Below, one piece after another: positions 18,648 through 27,450 of a stretch of 29,672 nucleotides of DNA (within the stretch, counting starts at the first letter, position 1; every line of letters starts with the position of its first letter). This stretch comes from Pyrinomonadaceae bacterium. Lineage in GTDB: Bacteria; Acidobacteriota; Blastocatellia; Pyrinomonadales; Pyrinomonadaceae. The notes below the pieces were generated by a model that did not search any database, was not told the origin of the DNA, and worked only from the letters and a program-made list of their open reading frames with translations. Made by a program: the position numbers and the translations under genes. The DNA lies in NCBI GenBank assembly GCA_031406255.1, contig JANOGZ010001263.1, forward strand, positions 1 through 29,672, in the 5' to 3' direction.

Positions 18648-20963
18648 TCACTGTCCGGCTTGCTTGGTTTTATGAAGGGCGTTACGCTCGCGGTGCTTTT
18701 CGCCACGGATAATGCTGACGCGGCGTCGTTGCGGGGGTCGCCTCGCGTCGCGCAGCTCTTTATGGCGGCCGTTCAGAATAAAAGACAGTCCCTGATGGGT
18801 AATACCGAGGAGTCGCGCGGCGCGCGTCAGTTGCCCGTCGGCGACTTCCAGCGCGGAGCGAATCAGGTTTGCCTCGAAGCGCAAAACTTCTTCGTCGAGC
18901 GAGCACCCGGCCCACGGACTCGCAAAGCCGGAGGTCTGGACCTGGCGGAGGGCGAGAGTTTCCACGGCCGCCGCGGGAATTTCAGTGTTATCCGCTGCCG
19001 TCAGGAAAGTGCGCTCGATGAGGGTGCGCAGTTCACGCGCGTTGCCCGCCAAATGCAGCCGCTGCATCGCATCGAGGCACGCCGGCGCAAAGGTCACTTG
19101 TTTGTGATACTGCCGCTCAGCCTGCGCGATGAAGTGGCGGGCGATGGCTGGAATGTCCTCGGTGCGTTGCCGGAGGGGCGGAAGCTCAATGATAAATGCG
19201 CTCAGTCGATAGTAGAGATCAGGGCTGTAGTGCCCGCGCGCCATATCCTGTTTAAGATTATGGTTCGTCGCCGCGATGATCCGTATATCCACCTGCTCCG
19301 AAGCCGAAGCGCCCAGCGAAGTCACCTCACCATATTCGATCAATCGCAAGAGCTTGGCCTGCGCTGCGGCGCTTAGCTCACCCACCTCATCGAGGAACAA
19401 TGTGCCGCCGACGGCGCCGCGCACCACTCCCGTATGATCGCCGACCGCATCGGTGAAGCTGCCCTTCCGGTGGCCGAACAATTGCGACTCAATGAGCGTT
19501 TCGCACAACGCCGCGCAATTGATCGCCACAAACCGTCCGGCGCGCCCGCTCCATTCATGCATCAGTCGCGCCAGCACTTCCTTGCCCGAGCCCGTCTCGC
19601 CGGTGATCAATGCCGGCCGGTCAGTGATGGCGACCGCCCGCGCATAGTGAAGAACGGCGGTGGTCTTCTCCGAGGCATGCACAAAAGCGGATACTTCGGA
19701 CGCCTTTCCCGAAGCCGATGACGTATCGAGCGCGATGATGCGCCGCGCGCACGCGCGCAGTCGCGCGAGCGTTTCCCCATGCCGTGAGTCGGTCAGAAGG
19801 CGGTCCGCGCGTTCGTAGGTTTTTCGCAACTCATCGGCGGCGAGCCACCCGTCTAGTTCCTCAATCAACGTCAGTGTCGCCCTGCCCGCACCCTCGATAT
19901 CGCCCGCCGTCTCCGCCATATCGACGGCACGTTCGAGCGTCGCCTGCGCTTGCTGATGACGATTCAATCTCGCCAGCGCGACCGCATAGGTCGTCAGAGC
20001 TTCGGCCAGAAGGGCTTGTTCGCCGCCCTTCTCCAGGCTATTGACCGCCCCGCGGGCAGCTTTTTCAGCCGCGGAGTTGCGCCCTTCCACCAGCAGAACA
20101 CGGGCTCGTGTTTCATCAACCTGCGCGGCACTACCCTTATCCTTGAGGCCGATGAACAGACGATGGGCTCTTTCTAAATGCTCTTCCGCATCGCTTAGCT
20201 GTCCGACTCTCAAAAGCAGATAACCGATATTATTCTCTACGCGGGCACGGTATCGCGTATGGCCAGCCTGTTCGAAGTGATAACTCGCCGCCGCGTATTC
20301 GATCAGCGCCTGATCGGTATACTCGCTTCGCGCCTCGGCGACCCCGAGCGTCTCCAACGTATTGCCGAGCGAGTTATGAAATTTGCCTTTGAGGGCGCAA
20401 CTGGTACTCGCTTCAAACAGTGGAGAGGCCTCGGTCAGTAACCGTAGCGCGTCATTCAAGCGGTTGTTTGACATCTCGATGATCGAGCTGCGTAACAAAA
20501 TCAGCGCTTTGAGTTCACTCTCATCGTCGCCAGTTTGCCCTAACGCATCGCGTAGAATAATGCGCGCCTCGTCAAACGCGCCCTCACGCCAGTAGCACAA
20601 CGCCAGGTCGCTTCGTGCCTCGATAGTTTTTGCCGTCTCGCTGAGCGTTTCGTAGATCGTCAGGCTCTCGCTGATCAAGTCCTTGGCGATCTCCTGTGCG
20701 CCTTCAATCTGCCGCGCGCTGCCGATCCATCCCGAGAGCGCCCCCACACGCAGCAGCACTTCAGCCCCGGTCCGCTCATCCAGATCGCCGAGCGCGGGAC
20801 GCTCACCGACACGCGTCCACAAGTCACCCAGCGCATTTCGCGCCGCTTCGTAGCTCCCGGCTTCTTCGAATTCGCGGGCGAGCGCACAACGAAATCGCAC
20901 GCGCTCGCTATAATTACACGCCGGGTTATCGATGCGTTGTATTAATTGGGCAACTAAGTTCAT
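18648..20963 (-). CDS. TPR-repeat, sigma54-interaction-type AAA+ transcriptional regulator with Fis-type HTH
   Basis: About 420 aa of helical TPR-like repeats ([16 protein letters not shown]), then [46 protein letters not shown] and the [16 protein letters not shown]. No receiver domain. Confidence 0.9.
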   Translation of the reverse strand: MNLVAQLIQRIDNPACNYSERVRFRCALAREFEEAGSYEAARNALGDLWTRVGERPALGDLDERTGAEVLLRVGALSGWIGSARQIEGAQEIAKDLISESLTIYETLSETAKTIEARSDLALCYWREGAFDEARIILRDALGQTGDDESELKALILLRSSIIEMSNNRLNDALRLLTEASPLFEASTSCALKGKFHNSLGNTLETLGVAEARSEYTDQALIEYAAASYHFEQAGHTRYRARVENNIGYLLLRVGQLSDAEEHLERAHRLFIGLKDKGSAAQVDETRARVLLVEGRNSAAEKAARGAVNSLEKGGEQALLAEALTTYAVALARLNRHQQAQATLERAVDMAETAGDIEGAGRATLTLIEELDGWLAADELRKTYERADRLLTDSRHGETLARLRACARRIIALDTSSASGKASEVSAFVHASEKTTAVLHYARAVAITDRPALITGETGSGKEVLARLMHEWSGRAGRFVAINCAALCETLIESQLFGHRKGSFTDAVGDHTGVVRGAVGGTLFLDEVGELSAAAQAKLLRLIEYGEVTSLGASASEQVDIRIIAATNHNLKQDMARGHYSPDLYYRLSAFIIELPPLRQRTEDIPAIARHFIAQAERQYHKQVTFAPACLDAMQRLHLAGNARELRTLIERTFLTAADNTEIPAAAVETLALRQVQTSGFASPWAGCSLDEEVLRFEANLIRSALEVADGQLTRAARLLGITHQGLSFILNGRHKELRDARRPPQRRRVSIIRGEKHRERNALHKTKQAGQ

Positions 20964-21056
20964 GTGAGGATTAGCTTTCTACCTTTTAGCAAGGTTGTTT
21001 GCGAAATAGCGATTTTTCTTCTCAATGGTGTTATTATCTCCCCGCTCAGCCCCAAA

Positions 21057-21092
21057 AGTTGGTTTACTGCGCGGTAACAAACCAACTATACT
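21057..21092 (+). promoter_or_regulatory. Inverted-repeat operator overlapping a sigma70-like promoter of the small peptide gene
   Basis: AGTTGGTTT-N13-AAACCAACT (21057-21087) overlaps TTTACT-N18-TATACT (21063-21092). Confidence 0.45.
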
Positions 21093-21120
21093 TGATCTTC
21101 ATATCCACGGGAGAAAAACG

Positions 21121-21333
21121 ATGAAACCGTTACGACAGCTCTGCGCCGTCGTTTTACTGACGACGATTTTTGTCCTTCCCGTCTTTGCCGAGGATGGACA
21201 GATGCCGACGCCCACGACCCCACCACAAGTGATCGTCATCCAGCCGCCACCGACGGGTGGTGATCCGGGCGAAGTGGATTCGGTGATGCAGGCTCTTCTG
21301 AACATCTTGCATGGCGTAATATTTTTTGTCTAG
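21121..21333 (+). CDS. Small secreted peptide precursor (70 aa): signal peptide + Pro/Thr-rich segment + hydrophobic C-terminal helix
   Basis: RBS GGGAGA lies 6 nt before the ATG at 21121. The sequence is MKPLRQLCAVVLLTTIFVLPVFA (basic n-region, h-region, VFA cleavage site) followed by EDGQMPTPTTPPQVIVIQPPPTGGDPGEVDSVMQALLNILHGVIFFV. Confidence 0.75.
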   Translation: MKPLRQLCAVVLLTTIFVLPVFAEDGQMPTPTTPPQVIVIQPPPTGGDPGEVDSVMQALLNILHGVIFFV

Positions 21334-21785
21334 GCGATTAATGCCCTTGCCCCGGGGCCCGACTTCTCGTTCTTTTGTTACCTCGTTGACGGCTTGATTT
21401 GAAATGCGTATGCCGGTAACGCCGCTGAGTCTCGGGGAAGGATACATCCAGCAGGTGCGATCGTTTATAGCTTCCCTGACGCGATGACACTGGAGGCATT
21501 GGATTTTTGTGTCATCGCGCCCCGGTCGCTAGCCACTGCTATTCAAGAACCCCGAGCAACGGATGAATCCTATCCTTACTTCCGCGCGAAAATCAACATT
21601 TTCCGAGCCTGGAGGCTTAACCCGTGTTTCCTGAAGATCACCGCCGGGCGCGCCCGCGCCTGTCGGCGCAGGATCCGTCAGCTCAAGAAGCTGGCACTGT
21701 CATGCCAGCCGCGACGGCTGGTCAGGGTTGCATCGTCACTGATTGTTGGCGCAAGATGCGGCGCATGATTCATCAAGCGCGGCGA

Positions 21786-22718
21786 ATGTACATACATAAA
21801 AGTCATCATATCGGAGTGGTGGTGTTAAGTGTCGCGTACGTGTGCGCCGGGTTGACGGCCTGTACCGGCGTCCTGCGCACGCGTGGCTCCGCCGGCCCCG
21901 TGCAGCGTTATGAGCTGACGGGCAAGGTCGTTTCCGTTGATAAAGCCGGACGCAAACTTGTCATTGCGCATGAGGAGGTGCCGGGGCTGATGGAAGCCAT
22001 GACGATGCCCTTCACGCTCAAAGCCGAGTGGGCTTTTGACGCCGTCGGTGAGGGTGATCGCGTACAGGCAACGCTCGTCGTGGCCGATGACAGTTCATGG
22101 CTCGAGAATCCGGTAATCACCAAAGCCAGCGGGGCAGACAGTGGAACCGCCGGCGACGCGGACGGGGCGACACCCGCGCCGGGCGCCGAAGTCATGGATT
22201 TTTCGCTCGTCAATCAGGATGGAAAACCCATTCGGTTGCGCGGGTATCGCGGGCAGGCGCTACTGATCACATTTATTTACACGCGCTGTCCGCTGCCGGA
22301 CTACTGCACGCTCATGAGCACAAACTTTGCCGGGATCGAACGGGAGTTGCAAAATGATCCGGCGCTGCGCGACAAGACACATCTCCTCAGCGTGAGCATC
22401 GATCCCGCGCATGACACGCCCAAAGTCCTGCGCAGTTATGGGGCGGCGCACACCGAGAGATACGACCGGGAAAATTTCAAGCACTGGGAGTTCGCCACCG
22501 GCGCCCCCGGGGAAATACAGCGCATGGCGCGGTTTTTCGGCCTGACTTACTACAGCGAAAAAGACCAGATAGTTCATTCGCTGCGCACCGCTCTCGTCGC
22601 GCCTGACGGGCGTCTCGCCAAAATCTATCACGGCAATGAATGGAAGCCCTCAGAGGTCGTCGGGGAGCTGCGGAAACTGTTCGGTGAAAACGGGCACCCC
22701 GCTGAAGCGCACAAATAA
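21786..22718 (+). CDS. CusF-like copper-binding domain fused to SCO1/SenC domain, lipoprotein
   Basis: Lipobox LTAC, CusF-like HEEVPGLMEAMTMPF, and SCO motifs FSLVNQDG, FIYTRCPLPDYC and IVHS. The start is uncertain (ATG at 21756, 21765 or 21786). Confidence 0.85.
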   Translation: MYIHKSHHIGVVVLSVAYVCAGLTACTGVLRTRGSAGPVQRYELTGKVVSVDKAGRKLVIAHEEVPGLMEAMTMPFTLKAEWAFDAVGEGDRVQATLVVADDSSWLENPVITKASGADSGTAGDADGATPAPGAEVMDFSLVNQDGKPIRLRGYRGQALLITFIYTRCPLPDYCTLMSTNFAGIERELQNDPALRDKTHLLSVSIDPAHDTPKVLRSYGAAHTERYDRENFKHWEFATGAPGEIQRMARFFGLTYYSEKDQIVHSLRTALVAPDGRLAKIYHGNEWKPSEVVGELRKLFGENGHPAEAHK

Positions 22719-22719
22719 A

Positions 22720-22750
22720 GGGAGGCCGTTTCCTTTAACAACGACCTCCC
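22720..22750 (-). terminator. Intrinsic terminator between the convergent SCO and etfA genes
   Basis: Minus strand GGGAGGTCGTT-9nt-AACGGCCTCCC (one G-U pair) followed by TTTATTT. Confidence 0.7.
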
Positions 22751-22776
22751 GCTAATCGATATGCGAAACGTAAATC

Positions 22777-23757
22777 TTATCCCTTGAGTTTTTTCACTTC
22801 TTCCGTCAGCACCGGAACCACCTCGAACAAATCGCCGACAATACCATAATCCGCGATATCGAAGATCGGCGCCTCCGGGTCTTTATTGACGGCGACGATG
22901 GTCGTCGCATTCTTCATCCCGACGAGGTGTTGGATCGCGCCGGAGATGCCGAGGGCGATGTAGAGCTTGGGGGCGACGGTCTGTCCGGATGAGCCGATCT
23001 GCCGGTCAATCGGCAGCCACCCCGCATCGCAGATCGGGCGCGACGCGGCGAGTTCCCCGCCCAGGGCGGCGGCTAGTTTTTCGGCGAGAGCCAGATTCTC
23101 CTGGCTCTTGATTCCGCGTCCGACGGCGACGATCACATCCGCCTTCGTCAGATCGACCGCCTGCTTCACTTCCTGAAACGCCGGTTCGGGTTGCATCCGC
23201 ACCTCTCCCACCTCGACCGGCATCCGCTCGACCCCGGCGGCGCTTGCCCCCTTCTCGGCCTGATCGGCGCGATAGGCTCCGGACTGGAAGGTCGCGAAGA
23301 TGGGCGACCCGCCGTCTGTCACCACATCGGCATCTACCTTGCCCAGAAAGATGCGCCGCGAGAAGGTGACGACCCCGTCGCTCGCCGCCGCGCGGATGCA
23401 ATCGCTGACCACTCCCTTGCCGAAACGCGTGGCCAGTTTGGGTGCAAAATCGCGCACCAGATAAGTATGCGGCATGATGACGTACTGCGGATCGAGCGCG
23501 CGTACCACTTTCTCCATCGCATCAGCATAGCCATCGGGCGTGTACTCAGCGAGCTTTTCGTTTTCCGCCGAAATCACCTTCTCCAGGTGATAAGCCGTGA
23601 TCTTCTGCGCCAGCGTCGGGTCTGTCCCGAGCACGACGGCGGTGAGCGGTAGTTTGAGCGCGGAGCCTAACTGCTGCGCGGCGGCGATCGCTTCAAACGA
23701 GGTTTTATTAAACGTCCCGGCGCGGTGTTCTGCAAACACTAAAATTCCGTTACTCAT
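22777..23757 (-). CDS. etfA: Electron transfer flavoprotein alpha subunit
   Basis: [45 protein letters not shown] and NKDPEAPIF. Confidence 0.95.
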   Translation of the reverse strand: MSNGILVFAEHRAGTFNKTSFEAIAAAQQLGSALKLPLTAVVLGTDPTLAQKITAYHLEKVISAENEKLAEYTPDGYADAMEKVVRALDPQYVIMPHTYLVRDFAPKLATRFGKGVVSDCIRAAASDGVVTFSRRIFLGKVDADVVTDGGSPIFATFQSGAYRADQAEKGASAAGVERMPVEVGEVRMQPEPAFQEVKQAVDLTKADVIVAVGRGIKSQENLALAEKLAAALGGELAASRPICDAGWLPIDRQIGSSGQTVAPKLYIALGISGAIQHLVGMKNATTIVAVNKDPEAPIFDIADYGIVGDLFEVVPVLTEEVKKLKG

Positions 23758-23861
23758 TATGTCAGCCTTATCGAATCGTCAGAAGGTGATGAAATCCGGA
23801 AAACCCGTCGCGCGGTACGCGTTCGTGTGGCGGTGCCGGGCCATGGACGGCCGATTCCCTT

Positions 23862-24632
23862 TTAAATCACGCGCGCTTCCGTGTGCAGCTTTTCCGCCAG
23901 TTGCGCGGCGCCGGCCCTGGCATCGCCGTTGCCGAGAAACTGCGTCTGTTTGGTTTTTTGCGGAAAGTAAATCTTCGTGATGCGCTGGTGCTGCGCGCTC
24001 CCGGCATCCGCGGCTGGAGTGATTTCTTTGATCTCTTTCTTCTTCGCGGCCATGATGCCCTTCAGCGTGGCATAGCGGATCTGGCTGATCCCCGATTGAA
24101 TCGTCAGCAGCGCCGGCTTCGGCATCGCGTACCACTGATACCAGCCGCTTTCCAGTTCGCGTTTGACGCGCAACTGTTCGCCCGCGGCATCCACTTCGAT
24201 GACGATCGTCGCGTGCGGAAGTCCGATCAACTCGGCGAGGATCACGCCCGTCTGCGCGTAGCCGTAATCGTCCGACTGGAGGCCGGTCAAGATCAGGTCG
24301 GCCCCTTCGTCGCCGATCGCGGCGGCGAGAATCTTCGCCGCCGCGTAGGGGCCGATATGACCGAGCCCGTCGCCGACGATGTGGATCGCGCGGTCTGCGC
24401 CGCGCGCCAGCGCATCTTTAATCACGCTCTTGACGCGCTGCGGACCCATCGAACAGACGATCACTTCGCCGCCGTGCTTCTCTTTCAGCCGCAACGCTTC
24501 TTCGAGCGCATAGCCGTCAGATTCGTTGACTTCGTAGGAGAGATCACCTTCCTCGATCCACGTGGCATCTTTGTTGATACGCAGGATCGCGTCCTTATTA
24601 GCGACCTGTTTCATAAGCACGATTATTTTCAT
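23862..24632 (-). CDS. etfB: Electron transfer flavoprotein beta subunit
   Basis: MKIIVLMKQV, ALEEALRLKE, ARGADRAIH and IRYATLKGIMAAKKKEI. Confidence 0.93.
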   Translation of the reverse strand: MKIIVLMKQVANKDAILRINKDATWIEEGDLSYEVNESDGYALEEALRLKEKHGGEVIVCSMGPQRVKSVIKDALARGADRAIHIVGDGLGHIGPYAAAKILAAAIGDEGADLILTGLQSDDYGYAQTGVILAELIGLPHATIVIEVDAAGEQLRVKRELESGWYQWYAMPKPALLTIQSGISQIRYATLKGIMAAKKKEIKEITPAADAGSAQHQRITKIYFPQKTKQTQFLGNGDARAGAAQLAEKLHTEARVI

Positions 24633-25874
24633 CTATTCCTCGTAGCGTTTGAGAAGCAACGCGGCGTTGGTGCCGCCGAACCCGAAGCTGTTGGAAAGCG
24701 CGTACATGATGCGCGCCTCGCGCGGCTCGTTCGGCACATAGTCCAGATCGCAATCGGGATCGGGAGTAACGTAATTAATCGTCGGCGGCAGACGCTCGCG
24801 GTCGATGGCCAGCACGGAAAAGACGGCTTCGATTCCGCCCGCGGCGCCGAGCAGATGGCCGGTCATCGATTTGGTGGAGCTCACCGCCAGCTTGTGCGCG
24901 TGCTCACCGAAAGTCTTTTTGATAGCGACGGTTTCAAATTTATCACCGAGCGGCGTCGAGGTGCCGTGCGCGTTGATATAGCCGACCTGCTCGGGCGTGA
25001 CGGCGGCGTCCTTGAGCGCCAACTGCATCACGCGCATCGCCCCCGAGCCGGTCTCATCCGGCATCGTGATATGGTAGGCATCGGCGGCCATGCCGTAGCC
25101 AACCAACTCGGCGTAAATGCGCGCCCCGCGCCCGCGGGCCAGCTCCAGTTCTTCGAGGATGACGATGCCCGCGCCCTCGCCGATCACGAAGCCGTCGCGG
25201 TCGCGTTCGAACGGGCGCGACGCGCGCGTCGGATCATCATTGCGCGTCGAGAGCGCGCGCAGCGCGGCGAATCCGGCCACGCTCATCGGCGTGATCGCTG
25301 ATTCAGCCCCGCCGCAGATCATCGCATCGGCGTCGCCACGTTGAATAATTTTGAAGCTATCGCCGATCGCGTGTGCGCCCGCGGCGCAGGCCGTCGCGGT
25401 GGCCGAATTCGGCCCCCGCGCGCCGTTGCGGATGGAGACCTGTCCGGCGGCCAGATTGACGATGGCCGATGGAATGAAGAAGGGCGAGACACGGTTCGGG
25501 CCTTCGTTCAAAAGCTTCAAATGCTCGCGTTCGATCGCCCAGAAATCGCCGATCCCGCTGCTGATATAGGTACCCACCCGGTCGGCGTTATCCTCATTTA
25601 CTTCGAGGCCACTGTCGCCGAGCGCTTCGTCCGAAGCGGCGATGGCGTAATGAATAAAAGCGCCCATCTTGCGCGCTTCTTTTTTCTCGACGAATTTGAG
25701 CGGATCGAAGTCCTGGATTTCAGCGGCGATCCGCACCGGGAATTTTTCCGTGTCGAATTTCTTGATGTAATCTACGCCGCTCCGCCCGCTCATCAGCGCA
25801 GACCAGGTGGTCTCCACCGTGTTGCCGAGCGGAGTCACGAGGCCGAGACCGGTAACCACAACGCGACGTTTCAA
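24633..25874 (-). CDS. fabF: 3-oxoacyl-ACP synthase II
   Basis: RRVVVTGLG, TACAAG (catalytic Cys), INAHGTST, KSMTGHLLGAAG and SNSFGFGGTNA. TTG start with a strong GGAGG RBS. Confidence 0.96.
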   Translation of the reverse strand: MKRRVVVTGLGLVTPLGNTVETTWSALMSGRSGVDYIKKFDTEKFPVRIAAEIQDFDPLKFVEKKEARKMGAFIHYAIAASDEALGDSGLEVNEDNADRVGTYISSGIGDFWAIEREHLKLLNEGPNRVSPFFIPSAIVNLAAGQVSIRNGARGPNSATATACAAGAHAIGDSFKIIQRGDADAMICGGAESAITPMSVAGFAALRALSTRNDDPTRASRPFERDRDGFVIGEGAGIVILEELELARGRGARIYAELVGYGMAADAYHITMPDETGSGAMRVMQLALKDAAVTPEQVGYINAHGTSTPLGDKFETVAIKKTFGEHAHKLAVSSTKSMTGHLLGAAGGIEAVFSVLAIDRERLPPTINYVTPDPDCDLDYVPNEPREARIMYALSNSFGFGGTNAALLLKRYEE

Positions 25875-26025
25875 GATAAATACTCCTCCCCGTGGAACCG
25901 CAAAGTCTGAAGGATATGACGCACACCCTCTCGCGCATCCGCAACTCCGACCGGCCCGCTATCCGAAGCGCTCGGGCGTCAGACATCACTTATCGGTAGA
26001 ACTCCCGACAATGCTATGTGAACGC

Positions 26026-26041
26026 GCCGGGCTGTCCCGGC
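26026..26041. other. GC hairpin downstream of acpP (possible mRNA stabiliser or attenuator)
   Basis: GCCGGG-CTGT-CCCGGC in the 203-bp acpP-fabF spacer, with no U-tract. Confidence 0.3.
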
Positions 26042-26077
26042 CCGCGACACGACCTGCCTGCCAATCCTCCGCGCGTA

Positions 26078-26320
26078 CTACTTTTTATGCTGTTCAATGT
26101 AGTTATAAGCGTCGCGCACGCTTTGTATTTTCTCGGCGTCTTCGTCCGGAATTTCGATGCCGAATTCCTCTTCAAAACGCATCACCAACTCGACCGTATC
26201 CAGCGAGTCAGCGCCCAGGTCATCTATGAAGCGCGCATTTGGGGTGACTTCATTTTCATCAACGCCAAGCTCATCAACGATGATCTGTTTGACTTTATTC
26301 TCGATCTCCTGATCGGGCAT
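26078..26320 (-). CDS. acpP: Acyl carrier protein
   Basis: [14 protein letters not shown] and [23 protein letters not shown]. Confidence 0.97.
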   Translation of the reverse strand: MPDQEIENKVKQIIVDELGVDENEVTPNARFIDDLGADSLDTVELVMRFEEEFGIEIPDEDAEKIQSVRDAYNYIEQHKK

Positions 26321-26388
26321 TGCAGTTTTTGCTCCTCTGTCAATTATGAGTGGAAAAGCTTAAAAATAAGCGGTCCGGCCGTCACGCC

Positions 26389-27387
26389 TCAAGCCGTCGA
26401 GCCGCTGCTGCCGGCCGACCGCTCACCTGTATTGAATAGCTCTGCAAGCGTTTCTCGGGCGCTGACGAGGCTCGCCTGATCCTCGACATTCAGGCAGCGC
26501 GCTCCGGCCGCGGTCTGTCGCACCAGGCCTGAGAGCACCTTGCCCGGCCCGACTTCAATAAAGTCTTCGACGCCTTCTCGCGTTAGAAACTCGACCGTCT
26601 CGCGCCAGCGGACGGGTGATGTCACCTGACGGATCAACGCCTCGTGCGCCTCAGCGCCGCTGCGCACGACGCTGACGTCGACGTTCGCGACGAGCAGAAG
26701 ACGAAGGCTTTGAAACTCTACTTTCTCCAGATCCATCGCCAGCCGGACCTGTGCCGGACGCATCAGAGCGCAGTGAAAGGGGGCGCTGACGTTCAGCTTG
26801 ACCGCGCGCCTGACGCCGCGCGCCTTCAGTAAACCGATCGCCCTGTCGACCGCCGGGGCGTGGCCCGCGATCACGATCTGACCCGGCGAATTGATATTGG
26901 CCGGGCTGCAGACGGCGCCCGGCTGCTCGCCCTCCGCTTCCCGGCACGCATCGAGCACCGCCGATTCTTCAGCGCCGAGAATAGCGGCCATCGCCCCTTC
27001 GCCGACCCCGACGGCCTCCTGCATGTAACGCCCGCGCGCCCTCACGGTGCGCACCGCCGCCGCCAGCGAAAGCGCTCCTGCCGCCACCAGCGCCGAATAC
27101 TCGCCGAGGCTGTGCCCGGCGACATACTGCGGGGCGGGAAAGCCCTCGGCCATCAGAGAGCGCCACGCGGCGACGGCGACCGTCAGAATCGCCGGCTGCG
27201 TATTCTCCGTTAATTGTAACTCTTCGGCCGGCCCGTCAAAGCATAACGATGAGAGCGCACAGCCGAGCGCGTCGTCCGCTTCTTCAAAGACCTCGCGCGC
27301 CGCCGCGAAGTTGTCCGCCAGATCGCGGCCCATTCCCGCATACTGTGAACCCTGCCCGGGGAAAATGTAAGCGAGGCTCTTATTCAT
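26389..27387 (-). CDS. fabD: Malonyl-CoA:ACP transacylase
   Basis: FPGQGSQ, TQPAI, GHSLGE, NINSPGQ, SAPFH and EVGPG. Confidence 0.96.
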   Translation of the reverse strand: MNKSLAYIFPGQGSQYAGMGRDLADNFAAAREVFEEADDALGCALSSLCFDGPAEELQLTENTQPAILTVAVAAWRSLMAEGFPAPQYVAGHSLGEYSALVAAGALSLAAAVRTVRARGRYMQEAVGVGEGAMAAILGAEESAVLDACREAEGEQPGAVCSPANINSPGQIVIAGHAPAVDRAIGLLKARGVRRAVKLNVSAPFHCALMRPAQVRLAMDLEKVEFQSLRLLLVANVDVSVVRSGAEAHEALIRQVTSPVRWRETVEFLTREGVEDFIEVGPGKVLSGLVRQTAAGARCLNVEDQASLVSARETLAELFNTGERSAGSSGSTA

Positions 27388-27408
27388 AGCTTTTGATTTA
27401 CTAACGCG

Positions 27409-27450
27409 GATTTGCGAAATGGTATTTCCGAATTTGTAAATCGCAAATCA
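27409..27450. repeat. Degenerate 7-bp-period repeat forming an inverted repeat
   Basis: GATTTGC GAAATGG TATTTCC GAATTTG TAAATCG CAAATCA, containing the perfect arms GATTTGCGA (27409-27417) / TCGCAAATC (27441-27449). Confidence 0.45.

Noticed and set aside
18439-18651. 70-aa ORF whose GTG overlaps the regulator stop codon
   Set aside because: It has no RBS or recognisable features and spans AT-rich DNA better explained as regulatory. It cannot be fully excluded without Ribo-seq.
21025-21120. Upstream ATG extending the small peptide to 102 aa
   Set aside because: The extension runs through the promoter and dyad region and buries the signal peptide. The ATG at 21121 has the RBS.
21121-21333. 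Small ORF as a RiPP precursor
   Set aside because: There is no modifying enzyme, dedicated peptidase or exporter nearby, and it carries a Sec-type signal rather than a RiPP leader.
21484-21768. 94-aa plus-strand ORF and the extension of the SCO ORF back to 21624
   Set aside because: Arg-rich with no motifs or RBS, and the lipoprotein signal only begins after about 21786.
23883-25301. 472-aa plus-strand ORF, and similar long ORFs at 679-1194, 1378-2133, 7382-8113, 11702-12568, 12671-13612, 15785-16630, 18660-19376 and 28453-29229
   Set aside because: They lie wholly or largely antisense to well-supported genes, have no recognisable motifs, and are expected shadow ORFs in high-GC DNA.
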